In this document: positions 49,626-58,844 of the stretch, in pieces
Layout: each line of letters begins with the position of its first letter
Position numbering within the stretch: position 1 is the first letter of the stretch
Assembly (NCBI GenBank): GCA_963816145.1
Contig: CAWFJP010000002.1
Coordinates: 32,001-96,000, forward strand
Length of the DNA: 64,000 nt
From: an uncultured delta proteobacterium
GTDB taxonomy: Bacteria > Desulfobacterota > Binatia > UBA9968
Reading direction: 5' to 3'
The notes under the pieces: generated by a model
Database searches by the model: none
What the model was told of the DNA's origin: nothing
What the model saw: the letters and a program-made list of their open reading frames with translations, nothing else
Position numbers and translations under genes: made by a program

Positions 49626-50576
49626 ATGGGCCGCACAGCCGATCTAAAAATTTTCGCGGGAAACTCCAATCCGCCGCTGGCCGCTGAGATCAGCCAATAT
49701 CTCAAAGTGCCGTTAGGTAAAGCCACAGTGGACACTTTCAGCGACGGCGAGAGCAAGGTCGAGATCAAGGAAAACGTCCGCGGTGCTGATGTATTCGTTC
49801 TGCAATCGACCTCGGCTCCGGGCAACAACAACTTGATGGAACTCCTGCTCATGCTCGATGCCTTCAAGCGCGCCTCCGCGCAACGCATCACTGCGGTCAT
49901 GCCTTACTACGGCTATGCACGCCAGGACCGCAAGGTCGTGCCACGGGTGCCGATCAGCGCCAAGCTGGTGGCCGATTTGATCACTCGTGCCGGCGCTTCG
50001 CGCATGCTGACGATGGATCTTCATTCAGGACAGATTCAAGGATTTTTCGATATTCCCGTCGATAACGTTTACGCCACGCCGGTGCTGTTGGATTATCTGC
50101 GCAAACAGCTCAATCGTAACGAGGTGACCATCGTCTCGCCGGACGCCGGGGGTGTGGAGCGAGCACGGGCGATCGCGACGCGCTTGGATGCGTCCTTGGC
50201 GATTATCGATAAACGCCGGATCGGCCCAAACGTTGTCGCCGAGATGAACATCATCGGCGAAGTCAAGGATCGCGTCGCTATCTTGGTCGACGACATGGTC
50301 GATACCGCTGGAACTTTGACCATGGCTGCCGAGGCGCTCAAAAAAGAGGGCGCGAAGAGAATCATCGGTTGCTGCTCGCATCCGGTGTTGTCCGGGCCGG
50401 CGATCAAACGCATCGAAGAATGCCCACTTGAACAACTGATTGTCACCAACACCATTCCCCTTGGGCCGCAGGCCCAGGGATGTAGTAAAATCAAAATACT
50501 GTCGGTCGCGCATTTGATCGGTGAAGCGATTCGCCGAACCCATGAAGAAGAATCGATCAGTTCGCTATTCGTTTAG
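49626..50576 (+). CDS. prs: Ribose-phosphate pyrophosphokinase
   Basis: FSDGE, PYYGYARQDRK, DLHSGQIQGFF, SPDAGG and VDDMVDTAGT. Confidence 0.96.
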   Translation: MGRTADLKIFAGNSNPPLAAEISQYLKVPLGKATVDTFSDGESKVEIKENVRGADVFVLQSTSAPGNNNLMELLLMLDAFKRASAQRITAVMPYYGYARQDRKVVPRVPISAKLVADLITRAGASRMLTMDLHSGQIQGFFDIPVDNVYATPVLLDYLRKQLNRNEVTIVSPDAGGVERARAIATRLDASLAIIDKRRIGPNVVAEMNIIGEVKDRVAILVDDMVDTAGTLTMAAEALKKEGAKRIIGCCSHPVLSGPAIKRIEECPLEQLIVTNTIPLGPQAQGCSKIKILSVAHLIGEAIRRTHEEESISSLFV

Positions 50577-50594
50577 TCGCAGGAGGTTGTTCCC

Positions 50595-51245
50595 TTGGAG
50601 ACTCTGGAAATACAGGTTGAAGCACGCGATAAGCAGCGTAAACGTGATGCCAAGCGGTTACTCCGCGCTGGCAAGATTCCGGCTATCCTTTACGGTCCGA
50701 AAACCGCAGCGGTAGGCTTGGCGCTCGACAAGAAGGAATTTTCTCGGCGCGTCGCAGGTTTGCAAGGTTCGCACCTTGTGCGTTTGAAATCTGGCGCTGC
50801 CGCTCTGGCGGAGAAAGTTGCGCTGGTAAAGGATATGCAATTCCATCCCATCAGCGGAGATGTGATTCACGCCGATTTTTACGAAGTCGATCTGACGGCG
50901 AAAATTCAGGTGCATGTGCCGCTTCACTTTGTCGGCAAAGCGGTGGGCATCGCGCGCGGCGGCATTCTGCAGCCCATTGTCCGGGAGATCGAGGTCGAAT
51001 GTTTGCCCCTCGATATTCCGGAATTCTTTAACGTTGACGTGACCGCGCTGGATATCGGCGATTCAGTCCATATTGAAGACTTGCAGATGCCCGACGGTGT
51101 CGCGTCTATGGCCGAGGACAATATGGCGCTGGTGACCGTTGTGCCGCCGACTGTCGAGGAGGCCCCGACGGCCGCTGCACCGGCAGCGGAAGTTGCGGCT
51201 GCGCCTGCAGCTCCAGCGGACGCGAAAAAGGAAAGCGCCTCTTAA
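50595..51245 (+). CDS. rplY: 50S ribosomal protein L25 / general stress protein Ctc
   Basis: IPAILYG, QFHP..HADF, GGIL and LDIGDSVH. SD AGGAGG with TTG start. Confidence 0.95.
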   Translation: METLEIQVEARDKQRKRDAKRLLRAGKIPAILYGPKTAAVGLALDKKEFSRRVAGLQGSHLVRLKSGAAALAEKVALVKDMQFHPISGDVIHADFYEVDLTAKIQVHVPLHFVGKAVGIARGGILQPIVREIEVECLPLDIPEFFNVDVTALDIGDSVHIEDLQMPDGVASMAEDNMALVTVVPPTVEEAPTAAAPAAEVAAAPAAPADAKKESAS

Positions 51246-51280
51246 GCCGACCGTTTTGCGCGGTCAACGAGATCGGATGG

Positions 51281-51847
51281 GTGAAAATCGTCGTTGGGCT
51301 GGGCAATCCGGGGAGCAAGTATGACGACACGCGGCATAATATTGGATTCCGGTTCATCGACCGGTTGGCGCGGCAGCAGGGCATTGCTCTGGACCGGCAT
51401 CAATGTGATGCACTGACCGGGCAAGGGAAGATTAACGAATCTCCGTTGCTTTTGGCCAAGCCGCAGACTTTTATGAACCGCAGCGGAGTGGCGGTTGCAG
51501 CGCTACTTCAATCGCATGGGGCTACGGCAGCAGATTTAGTCGTTGTTTACGATGACCTGGATTTGCCCTTCGGTCGAATCAGGATTCGCACCCACGGTAG
51601 CGCGGGTGGCCACCTCGGCGTGAGTTCGATCATCGAACATCTGGGCGCGGTAGAGTTTTGCCGTATCCGTCTAGGCATAGGTCGTCCGCCCGACGGGGCC
51701 GATGTCATCGATTATGTGCTGGCGCCGTTCGCTGAAGCTCAAATTGGCGAACTGTCTAAGGTCGTCGACCGCGCCACTGAGGCGCTCTGCTGTTTAGTTC
51801 ATCAGGGAGTTGCGGCGGCAATGGGTATTTACAATCGAGCGGACTGA
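51281..51847 (+). CDS. pth: Peptidyl-tRNA hydrolase
   Basis: VGLGNPG, TRHNIGF, KPQTFMN, DDLDLP, GSAGGH and RLGIGRP. Confidence 0.95.
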   Translation: MKIVVGLGNPGSKYDDTRHNIGFRFIDRLARQQGIALDRHQCDALTGQGKINESPLLLAKPQTFMNRSGVAVAALLQSHGATAADLVVVYDDLDLPFGRIRIRTHGSAGGHLGVSSIIEHLGAVEFCRIRLGIGRPPDGADVIDYVLAPFAEAQIGELSKVVDRATEALCCLVHQGVAAAMGIYNRAD

Positions 51848-51901
51848 CGAAAGCGCCACATTGTAAACGCCAAGTCCGTATGTTACAAAGACAATCTTCT
51901 T

Positions 51902-52330
51902 GTGGAGGGTAGTCACACGGTTACATTATACGAAACCCTTTTTGTGGTGCATCCGGAAAAAGGGCCGAGAAACAAAGAATTTATCGAGCGATTCAACAAG
52001 GTCGTCGAAGGCCAAGAGGGCACGATTGTACAGGTCGAAGAGTGGGGACTTCGCGATCTCGCCTATCGTATCGAGAAACAGGGCAAAGGTTTCTACACCT
52101 TGATGCGCTACAAGGCTACAGGAAAAGCGGTTGCTGAACTTGAGCGCAATCTTAAGCTCACCGACGGCATCCTGCGTTACCTGACGACGCGTGCGGATGA
52201 GGACAGTCCTATGACCAGTCCGTCGGCACCGCGGGCGTACAGCGACGAACCGCCGCGGCGAAATTACGATGATAGACGTAACTACGACGATAATAGATCG
52301 CGTGGGGGCGAACGAGAGCCCTCGGCCTAG
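51902..52330 (+). CDS. rpsF: 30S ribosomal protein S6
   Basis: YETLFVVHP, EEWGLRDLAYRI and ELERNLKL..ILRY. Confidence 0.93.
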   Translation: MEGSHTVTLYETLFVVHPEKGPRNKEFIERFNKVVEGQEGTIVQVEEWGLRDLAYRIEKQGKGFYTLMRYKATGKAVAELERNLKLTDGILRYLTTRADEDSPMTSPSAPRAYSDEPPRRNYDDRRNYDDNRSRGGEREPSA

Positions 52331-52490
52331 ACCGGTCGTGGCGTCGACTTGGGCTGCGTGCGGTCGGTCTATAGTGTACCGATGATTCGAGTTCCGGAGC
52401 AATTACACAGTAGCAAAATGGTTGGACTTCCAGTCGCTGGATCTCGGCATGGCTAGGAAGAGCAAGACGAAACAAGAGGTAGCGTAAATT

Positions 52491-52784
52491 ATGGCACAGT
52501 ACGAACGGAGCCCGAGACCTAGCCGCGAGCGTTCCGACGATGACAAAGGTGGCCAGCGTCGCCGGCCGATGTTCCGGCGCAAGGTATGTCGTTTTTGCGC
52601 CGACAAGAGCCTACGGATCGATTATAAGGACTTGCGCACGATATCTTCGTTTGTCACCGAACGCGGCAAGATGACGCCGAGCCGGATCACCGGCAATTGC
52701 GCGCGCCATCAACGGCTGCTGACGACGGCGGTTAAGCGCGCGCGCAGCATCGCTTTGTTGCCGTTCACCACCGCGAACAATTAA
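52491..52784 (+). CDS. rpsR: 30S ribosomal protein S18 (Zn-binding form)
   Basis: [17 protein letters not shown] and [15 protein letters not shown]. Confidence 0.96.
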   Translation: MAQYERSPRPSRERSDDDKGGQRRRPMFRRKVCRFCADKSLRIDYKDLRTISSFVTERGKMTPSRITGNCARHQRLLTTAVKRARSIALLPFTTANN

Positions 52785-52807
52785 ATCCGTTTCCCAGGCG
52801 ACCACCC

Positions 52808-53761
52808 ATGCAGCGGCTGGAAGTCATTACCCGGTTTTTTTTGGCTCTAGCCTTGAGCGTGTTTCTATTCATGAGCGGTATCAGCTTGCCGCCCATCGGC
52901 GCGCTGCTGCTGCCGTTTGTCACTCAGCCCGTGCTGTTGTTTGGCTTCAAATACGGTATCGGCCATGGTCTCGGCGTGGTGCTCGTCGCGCTCTTGCTGT
53001 TGGCGCTTTTTGCCGGCGAAGAGTTGAGCTTGGTGTACGGTATCTTTGCCATCTTGGCAGGTGTCCTGCTTGGGCTCATCGGACGAGTACGGGCGGTTGA
53101 GTACTTGGTGGTTGGCGCGGCTTCGGCGATGTTTGTTTGGGCGCTGGGCGTGGCTCTTTATTTTTTTGGCTCTTGGGCCGCACTCGTGGGTGATATTCGT
53201 ACCGGATTGACTCAACAGTTTGCGGCTGCGACACGGATGCAGGAGCAAATGGGTTTCTCCAAGGATAGTTTGGAGCTGGTAAAAGAAAGAATGCCGCAGT
53301 TGATCGATATGACATTGCAACTCCTGCCCGGGTTGCTATTTTTGACGTTCGCGCTCATCGCGTTGATCAATATTTTTTCGCTGCGCCGGCGCTTTCCGGA
53401 ACGCCGTTCCGCGTGGTTTGCAATCGAAAACTTTCGCGATTGGAAAGGGCCGGAATCACTGGTTTGGGGGCTGATCGCGAGCGGCTTTAGCTTGTTTTTC
53501 CCGGTTCCCGATCTTGCGCGCATGATCGCCATGAACCTGTTGTTGATCGTCGGCGCTTTTTATTTTGCCCAGGGGTTGGCGGTGATCGCGTTTTTTTTTC
53601 ACAAAAACAACGTGCCGCGGTTCCTGCGCGGCATTACTTATATCTTGATCGTTTTTCAGCAAATATTTACGCTGATGGTTGTTGGTCTGGGGCTGTTCGA
53701 CCTGTGGGGCGATTTTCGCCGCTTGGGTAAAGATAAACTCACTCCGAGCCAAGCGTCCTAG
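52808..53761 (+). CDS. YybS/DUF2232 family membrane protein
   Basis: Multi-TM protein with YFAQGLAV..GLFDLWGDFR, in the typical rpsR-rplI position. Confidence 0.85.
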   Translation: MQRLEVITRFFLALALSVFLFMSGISLPPIGALLLPFVTQPVLLFGFKYGIGHGLGVVLVALLLLALFAGEELSLVYGIFAILAGVLLGLIGRVRAVEYLVVGAASAMFVWALGVALYFFGSWAALVGDIRTGLTQQFAAATRMQEQMGFSKDSLELVKERMPQLIDMTLQLLPGLLFLTFALIALINIFSLRRRFPERRSAWFAIENFRDWKGPESLVWGLIASGFSLFFPVPDLARMIAMNLLLIVGAFYFAQGLAVIAFFFHKNNVPRFLRGITYILIVFQQIFTLMVVGLGLFDLWGDFRRLGKDKLTPSQAS

Positions 53762-53771
53762 CGGAGGAATT

Positions 53772-54224
53772 ATGGAAGTTATACTCAAAGAGGATATCGC
53801 CAACGTCGGCAAAATCGGCGAGGTTGTACGCGTGCGCGACGGATACGCGCGGAATTTCTTGCTGCCGCGCGGATTGGTGCTGGAGGCCAACAAGAAGAAT
53901 CTCAAGACCTTCGAGCATTCGAAAAAAATCATTTCCGATCAGAAGCAAAAGGTCCTGCGCCAAGCTCAGGCGGTGGGCGATCAATTGGCCGGAGTGTCGC
54001 TGGTGATTCCGATGAAGGTCGGGGAGGAAGGCAGGCTCTTCGGTTCGGTCACCAACATGCAGATCGAAAAGGCCCTCAAGGCCAAAGGCCTGATTGTCGA
54101 CCGGCGCAAGATCCACTTGAACGAAACCATCAAAGTCGCCGGAGAATACGAAGTTCCGGTGCGGTTGTCGGCCGATCTCACGGTGTCGCTCAAAGTGTCC
54201 GTCGTATCCGATAGCAAAGATTAA
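53772..54224 (+). CDS. rplI: 50S ribosomal protein L9
   Basis: MEVIL..GKIGEVVRVRDGYARNFLLP and GRLFGSVT. Confidence 0.96.
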   Translation: MEVILKEDIANVGKIGEVVRVRDGYARNFLLPRGLVLEANKKNLKTFEHSKKIISDQKQKVLRQAQAVGDQLAGVSLVIPMKVGEEGRLFGSVTNMQIEKALKAKGLIVDRRKIHLNETIKVAGEYEVPVRLSADLTVSLKVSVVSDSKD

Positions 54225-54259
54225 GCGATTCGCTAGTTCAGTCGAATTATTTGAATCCG

Positions 54260-54296
54260 ATGGGGTGGGCCTCTGCGTCCCGCCCCATTTTTATTT
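54260..54296 (+). terminator. Rho-independent terminator after rplI
   Basis: ATGGGGTGGG-loop-CCCGCCCCAT followed by TTTTATTT. Confidence 0.75.
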
Positions 54297-54381
54297 GTAA
54301 GCAGATATTGCTCGTCCTTTTCTAAACGACGCGCGGCCGGCGCGCTAGGAGCCCTGCACGGCGCACAGCCAATTCCCGCCA

Positions 54382-55275
54382 ATGCCATCCACAGGAGCTC
54401 ATCTCGCGTCTAAATTTCCGCTTGAGCGCGGTCGTTTGTTTATTCTCGCTGCCGCGATTCTCTGGAGTCTGGCCGGTGTCTTCATCAAATTTCTGGATAT
54501 TCACCCGCTGGCGATTGTGTTCTACCGCAGTCTGTTCGCGGCGTTGGTATTCACGCCGTTTCTGAAGCGATATGATTTTCGCTGTAACGGGACGATCCTG
54601 ATTTCAGTCCTGAGTTACACCGCGGCAATCAGCGCTTTCGTTTCCGCCAACAAGCTCACCAGCGCCGCCAATGCCATCGTGCTGCAGTACACCGCGCCGA
54701 TCTTTGTGTTTTTGTTCTCATGGCTGGTCCTGCGAGAAAAAATCGCCAACGCGAATATCTTTGCGCTTGCCGTGGCGATGATCGGCATCGGCATCATTTC
54801 CCTCGACAGCGCCGGTGAGGCGGAGATGGCCGGGGTCGCGCTCGCGCTCCTGAGCGGTGTGCTGTTCGCGGGTTACATGATAAACCTGCAGCGCACTCAA
54901 AAAATCGCTCCCGTCTATTTGACGTGGGTCAACAATCTTGTTTGTGCGTTTTTAGTCTTTTGGGTCGTTCAAGCGCAGCTGACGCTGACGGTGAATCAAA
55001 CCTTGACTCTCGCGGTCATGGGTGGGGTGCAGCTCGGCGCCCCTTATTATCTTTTTTCCAAGGGGTTGCAGACGGTGGCGTTGCCGGAGGCATCGCTGAT
55101 CGCGTTGATCGAGCCAGTGCTCAATCCGCTTTGGGTCGCGTTGATCGTCGGCGAGTTACCGTCAACCGCGACGGTTTGCGGTGGCGCGATGGTCCTGTTC
55201 GGCCTCGGCGTGCGCTATGTTTGGCCGTTAATCGGCTCGCACGCCGAAGCCGAAGACCTCAATTCGACGAATTGA
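54382..55275 (+). CDS. DMT/EamA family transporter
   Basis: About 10 TMs with AANAIVLQYTAP and ASLIALIEPVLNPLW. Confidence 0.88.
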   Translation: MPSTGAHLASKFPLERGRLFILAAAILWSLAGVFIKFLDIHPLAIVFYRSLFAALVFTPFLKRYDFRCNGTILISVLSYTAAISAFVSANKLTSAANAIVLQYTAPIFVFLFSWLVLREKIANANIFALAVAMIGIGIISLDSAGEAEMAGVALALLSGVLFAGYMINLQRTQKIAPVYLTWVNNLVCAFLVFWVVQAQLTLTVNQTLTLAVMGGVQLGAPYYLFSKGLQTVALPEASLIALIEPVLNPLWVALIVGELPSTATVCGGAMVLFGLGVRYVWPLIGSHAEAEDLNSTN

Positions 55276-55285
55276 AGTCGTTTGT

Positions 55286-55705
55286 TTATCCGGCGATGCG
55301 CACGTTGCCGGGATGACGGATCTTATCCATCTCTTCTTTGGGTAGCGTCTTGATGTCCTTGCGCAGCTCGTAGTTGATATGTTGAATCGCTTCCGAAGGT
55401 CCGGAACGGTTGCCCATGAGCACCATCGGCCCGGTGCCGGTATTCTCCAACTGATAAAACGAGCCGCCGGTGATGGTCGCCACCTTGCCCGGTGTCATGA
55501 CCACCTTGCCGCCGTCGGGGAAATGCATCGTGCATTCACCGTCGATGACGTAAAAGGTTTGGTCGGCGTTGTGGCAATGCATATCGTCGGCGTCGCCGGG
55601 CTTGGGGTAAACATGCACCCAGGCGTGAAAACGGTTGGTATTGAAGATGACTTGGCGTTTGCCTTCGCCCGCCTTCTTGACCATATCGACAATTTCAATC
55701 GGCAT
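55286..55705 (-). CDS. Cupin domain protein
   Basis: MHCHNADQTFYVIDG..YQLENTG. SD GGAGG. Confidence 0.8.
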   Translation of the reverse strand: MPIEIVDMVKKAGEGKRQVIFNTNRFHAWVHVYPKPGDADDMHCHNADQTFYVIDGECTMHFPDGGKVVMTPGKVATITGGSFYQLENTGTGPMVLMGNRSGPSEAIQHINYELRKDIKTLPKEEMDKIRHPGNVRIAG

Positions 55706-55843
55706 ACTTCCTCCTTCATAAATTTAGCCGTCAAAGTATAGCTCTCCGGCTACGCTGTCAAATTCCACCGCGGCTGGGATTCACATTCAGAATCGATTTG
55801 TGATAGTTTTTGGCCCATTAAGCTTATATTTGAGGAGGCTGTT

Positions 55844-56647
55844 ATGTCAATGCATTGGGGAATGGCAAATCGTTTGGCGCGAATTATCAAGCCGGACGGC
55901 CGGGCAGTGATGCTCGCCGTCGACCACGGTTACTTTCTCGGACCGACCAGCGGTCTGGAGGAGCCGCGCAAAACTATCGAACCGCTTATGCCGCACGCGG
56001 ACTCGATCATGCTGACGCGCGGCGTGTTGCGTACTTCAGTGGACGCCAAAGCCGACAAGCCGATCGTTCTGCGTGTCTCCGGCGGCACCAGCATTCTCAA
56101 AGAGTTGTCCAACGAAGAGATTACCGTATCGATCGAGGAGTGCATTCGCCTCAATGTTTCGGCGATCGCGCTGTCGATCTTCGTCGGTTCGGAGTTCGAG
56201 AAAGAGACTTTGGTGAGCTTGGCCAAGCTGGTCGACGAGGGGGAGAAGTACGGCATTCCGGTGCTTGCCGTCACCGCCGTGGGTAAAGATATGGCGCGCG
56301 ACGTACGCTATCTCGGCCTGTCCTGCCGCATCGCCGCCGAGATGGGCGCACATATCGTCAAAACCTACCACTGCGACAATTTCGAAGAGCTGATCGGCAG
56401 CTGCCCGGTTCCGGTGATCGTCGCCGGTGGTAAGAAGACGCCGGAAATGGAAGCTCTCGAATTGACGTATAACGCCGTCAAGGGCGGCGCCGTCGGTGTC
56501 GACATGGGTCGCAATATCTTCCAATCCGATTCCCCCGTGGGGATGATCAAAGCTGTGTGCGCGATTGTGCATGAGAATGTTTCAGTGAAAGAAGCGCTTA
56601 AAATCTATGAGAGCGAGAAGAATTCAAAAGCGCGCAAAGCTAGCTGA
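55844..56647 (+). CDS. lsrF: LsrF-like class I aldolase-fold thiolase
   Basis: WGMANRLARI..MLAVDHGYFLGPT, AEMGAHIVKTY, AGGKK and VDMGRNIFQS. Confidence 0.85.
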   Translation: MSMHWGMANRLARIIKPDGRAVMLAVDHGYFLGPTSGLEEPRKTIEPLMPHADSIMLTRGVLRTSVDAKADKPIVLRVSGGTSILKELSNEEITVSIEECIRLNVSAIALSIFVGSEFEKETLVSLAKLVDEGEKYGIPVLAVTAVGKDMARDVRYLGLSCRIAAEMGAHIVKTYHCDNFEELIGSCPVPVIVAGGKKTPEMEALELTYNAVKGGAVGVDMGRNIFQSDSPVGMIKAVCAIVHENVSVKEALKIYESEKNSKARKAS

Positions 56648-56681
56648 TCAAGAAATATCGCTGCATCTAATCCCGCGAACC

Positions 56682-57713
56682 ATGAACATGCGCGTTGCAA
56701 TGTACTACAACAACCGGGATGTTCGGTTGGAGGAGCTGCCAGTTCCTAACATTGGTCCGGGTGAGTTGCTGCTGCGCACGCGGGCGAGCGGGGTTTGCGG
56801 CAGCGACTTGATGGAGTGGTACCGCATCAAAAAGGCGCCGTTGGTGTTGGGGCATGAGATTACCGCGGAGGTTGTCGAGGTTGGCGCCGGAGTTTCGGAA
56901 TACAAACTCGGCGATCGCGTGTTCTCAACCCACCATGTGCCGTGCGGCACATGCCGTTATTGCAAGGGTGGGCATCAATCCGTTTGCGATCTTCTGCGCA
57001 CGACTCATTTCGAGCCCGGCGGATTTGCCGAATACATTCGCGTGCCGAGGATCAACGTCGAGCTCGGCACTCTGCGGATTCCGGATTCGATGACCTTCGA
57101 TGAAGGCTCGTTTATCGAGCCGCTGGCTTGTGTCGTGCGGGCGCAGCGATTCGCCAAGCTTGCAGCAGGGCAGACTGTGTTGGTGATCGGCAGCGGTATT
57201 TCCGGCTTGCTACACATTCAGCTTGCAAAAGCGCGCGGTGCGGCACGCGTCATTGCCACCGATATCAGCGTCTATCGATTGAATGCAGCGAGACAGTTCG
57301 GCGCCGATACGACAATTCACGGCGCGGAAGACGTTCCAATGCGGCTCAAAGATGTAAACGGCGGCCGCCTCGCCGATCTGGTTATCGTTTGCACCGGTGC
57401 CATGCCGGCGATCCAGCAGGCGATCAAATCCATTGACCGCGGCGGCACGCTGTTATTTTTCGCGCCAACCGCCGCCGGTGTCGATGTGCCGATCCCGCTT
57501 TTTGAATTTTGGCGCGATGAAATCAACGTGGTGACTTCCTATGCCGGCAGCGGCGACGATTTGAAAGAGGCGCTGGAGTTGATTCGCGACCGTAAGGTGC
57601 GAGTTGCTGACATGGTGACGCACCGATTGCCGTTGGCGGAAACGGGCGTGGGTTTTCAGTTGACGGCGAGCGGGCAGGATTCGATCAAGGTGATTATCGA
57701 TCCGCTGCTTTGA
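56682..57713 (+). CDS. Zn-dependent (polyol/L-iditol-like) dehydrogenase
   Basis: GVCGSD, GHE, CGTCRYC..C and GSGISG. Confidence 0.9.
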   Translation: MNMRVAMYYNNRDVRLEELPVPNIGPGELLLRTRASGVCGSDLMEWYRIKKAPLVLGHEITAEVVEVGAGVSEYKLGDRVFSTHHVPCGTCRYCKGGHQSVCDLLRTTHFEPGGFAEYIRVPRINVELGTLRIPDSMTFDEGSFIEPLACVVRAQRFAKLAAGQTVLVIGSGISGLLHIQLAKARGAARVIATDISVYRLNAARQFGADTTIHGAEDVPMRLKDVNGGRLADLVIVCTGAMPAIQQAIKSIDRGGTLLFFAPTAAGVDVPIPLFEFWRDEINVVTSYAGSGDDLKEALELIRDRKVRVADMVTHRLPLAETGVGFQLTASGQDSIKVIIDPLL

Positions 57714-57751
57714 TGGCCGCCAACGGGCGCAGCCTGATGCGCCCCGAAACG

Positions 57752-58744
57752 CTATTTGACAATCCCCAATTCCTTGCGCGCTTTGTCCAGAAAGCTGTAG
57801 TCGACGACATCGGCCACGGTCACGGGTTTGGTTACTTTCGCGCTCTCGCGGGCGAGGTCAATGAGGACTTGGACGGATTCGGGTTTGACGTAGGCGTCCT
57901 TGGTCAAAACGCGACCGACTTGGCGCGACATTTCGGCTGCCATTTTGCGGTCGCTCACCTTCCACTGTTTCATCAAGATATTGGTCACCGCTTCGGTGTT
58001 GTTCTTGTCCCAGACGAATTGCAGCCCGCGCAGCGTGGCGCGCACCATGCGGTAGACTTCGTCTGGGTTCTCGCGGATCTTTTTCTCTGAAGTACCAAAT
58101 CCGTTCTGGGGAAATTCGATCACGTCGCCGAGAAAAAGTAATTCGTGATAGCCTTTTTCTTCGGCGATGATGTTTTCCGGCACCGAGATTAGCGATGCTT
58201 CGACGACGCCTGATTCCAATACTGCCAGCCGGCTGGCGGCGTTGCCGGACATTTGCAGAACAGAAACGTCCTTGCCTGGCTCCAGGCCGATCTGTTTGAG
58301 CGCTTGATTGGCGAGTAGCGTCGCCGAACCGCCGGGCGAACTACCGGCGATTTTTTTGCCTTTGAGCTGCTTCAAGTCTTTGATGTTTTTCTGTGCCATC
58401 AAGAACAGCAGCGGCTTTGACACGGTGAAGAGCAGGACTTTCATCGGTCGGCCTTGGACGGCGGCGCCGATGGTGCCGGTGACCGCGCCATTGAAATCGA
58501 CGTCGCCGTTCAACACCGCCGTGCTCGCCAAGTTGGCCGGCATGAAGATGATTTCCAGATCGATGCCTTCGTCTTTGAAAAAGCCGCGGTGCAGAGCCGT
58601 GTAGAGTGCGAGGAACGAAACGTTGGTCGACGAACTCGCCATGCGGACCTTTTTGAGGGATTGGGCGTCGGTGGATGGCGCGAGCAGGAATGCCACCGCG
58701 AGCAGAAAGACGAGAATGCCAATCGATCTACGCTTTTTCTTCAT
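57752..58744 (-). CDS. ABC substrate-binding protein (SsuA/NMT1/THI5-like)
   Basis: Signal peptide, GFFKDEGIDLE, LKGKKIA and VVDYSFL. Confidence 0.85.
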   Translation of the reverse strand: MKKKRRSIGILVFLLAVAFLLAPSTDAQSLKKVRMASSSTNVSFLALYTALHRGFFKDEGIDLEIIFMPANLASTAVLNGDVDFNGAVTGTIGAAVQGRPMKVLLFTVSKPLLFLMAQKNIKDLKQLKGKKIAGSSPGGSATLLANQALKQIGLEPGKDVSVLQMSGNAASRLAVLESGVVEASLISVPENIIAEEKGYHELLFLGDVIEFPQNGFGTSEKKIRENPDEVYRMVRATLRGLQFVWDKNNTEAVTNILMKQWKVSDRKMAAEMSRQVGRVLTKDAYVKPESVQVLIDLARESAKVTKPVTVADVVDYSFLDKARKELGIVK

Positions 58745-58780
58745 GATTTCTACCTCCATCGGTCTAGGCGTCAAATAAAC

Positions 58781-58810
58781 CTGGTTTCCCGCGTTCGCGG
58801 GAATGACGGA
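58781..58810. repeat. Half copy of the REP-like palindrome family seen at 8549
   Basis: CTGGTTTCCCGCGTTCGCGGGAATGACGGA has the same architecture and ATGACGGA end as 8591-8620. Confidence 0.6.
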
Positions 58811-58844
58811 TAAACGCGCGAGTTCCTCAGTTGCGGTCTATTTC

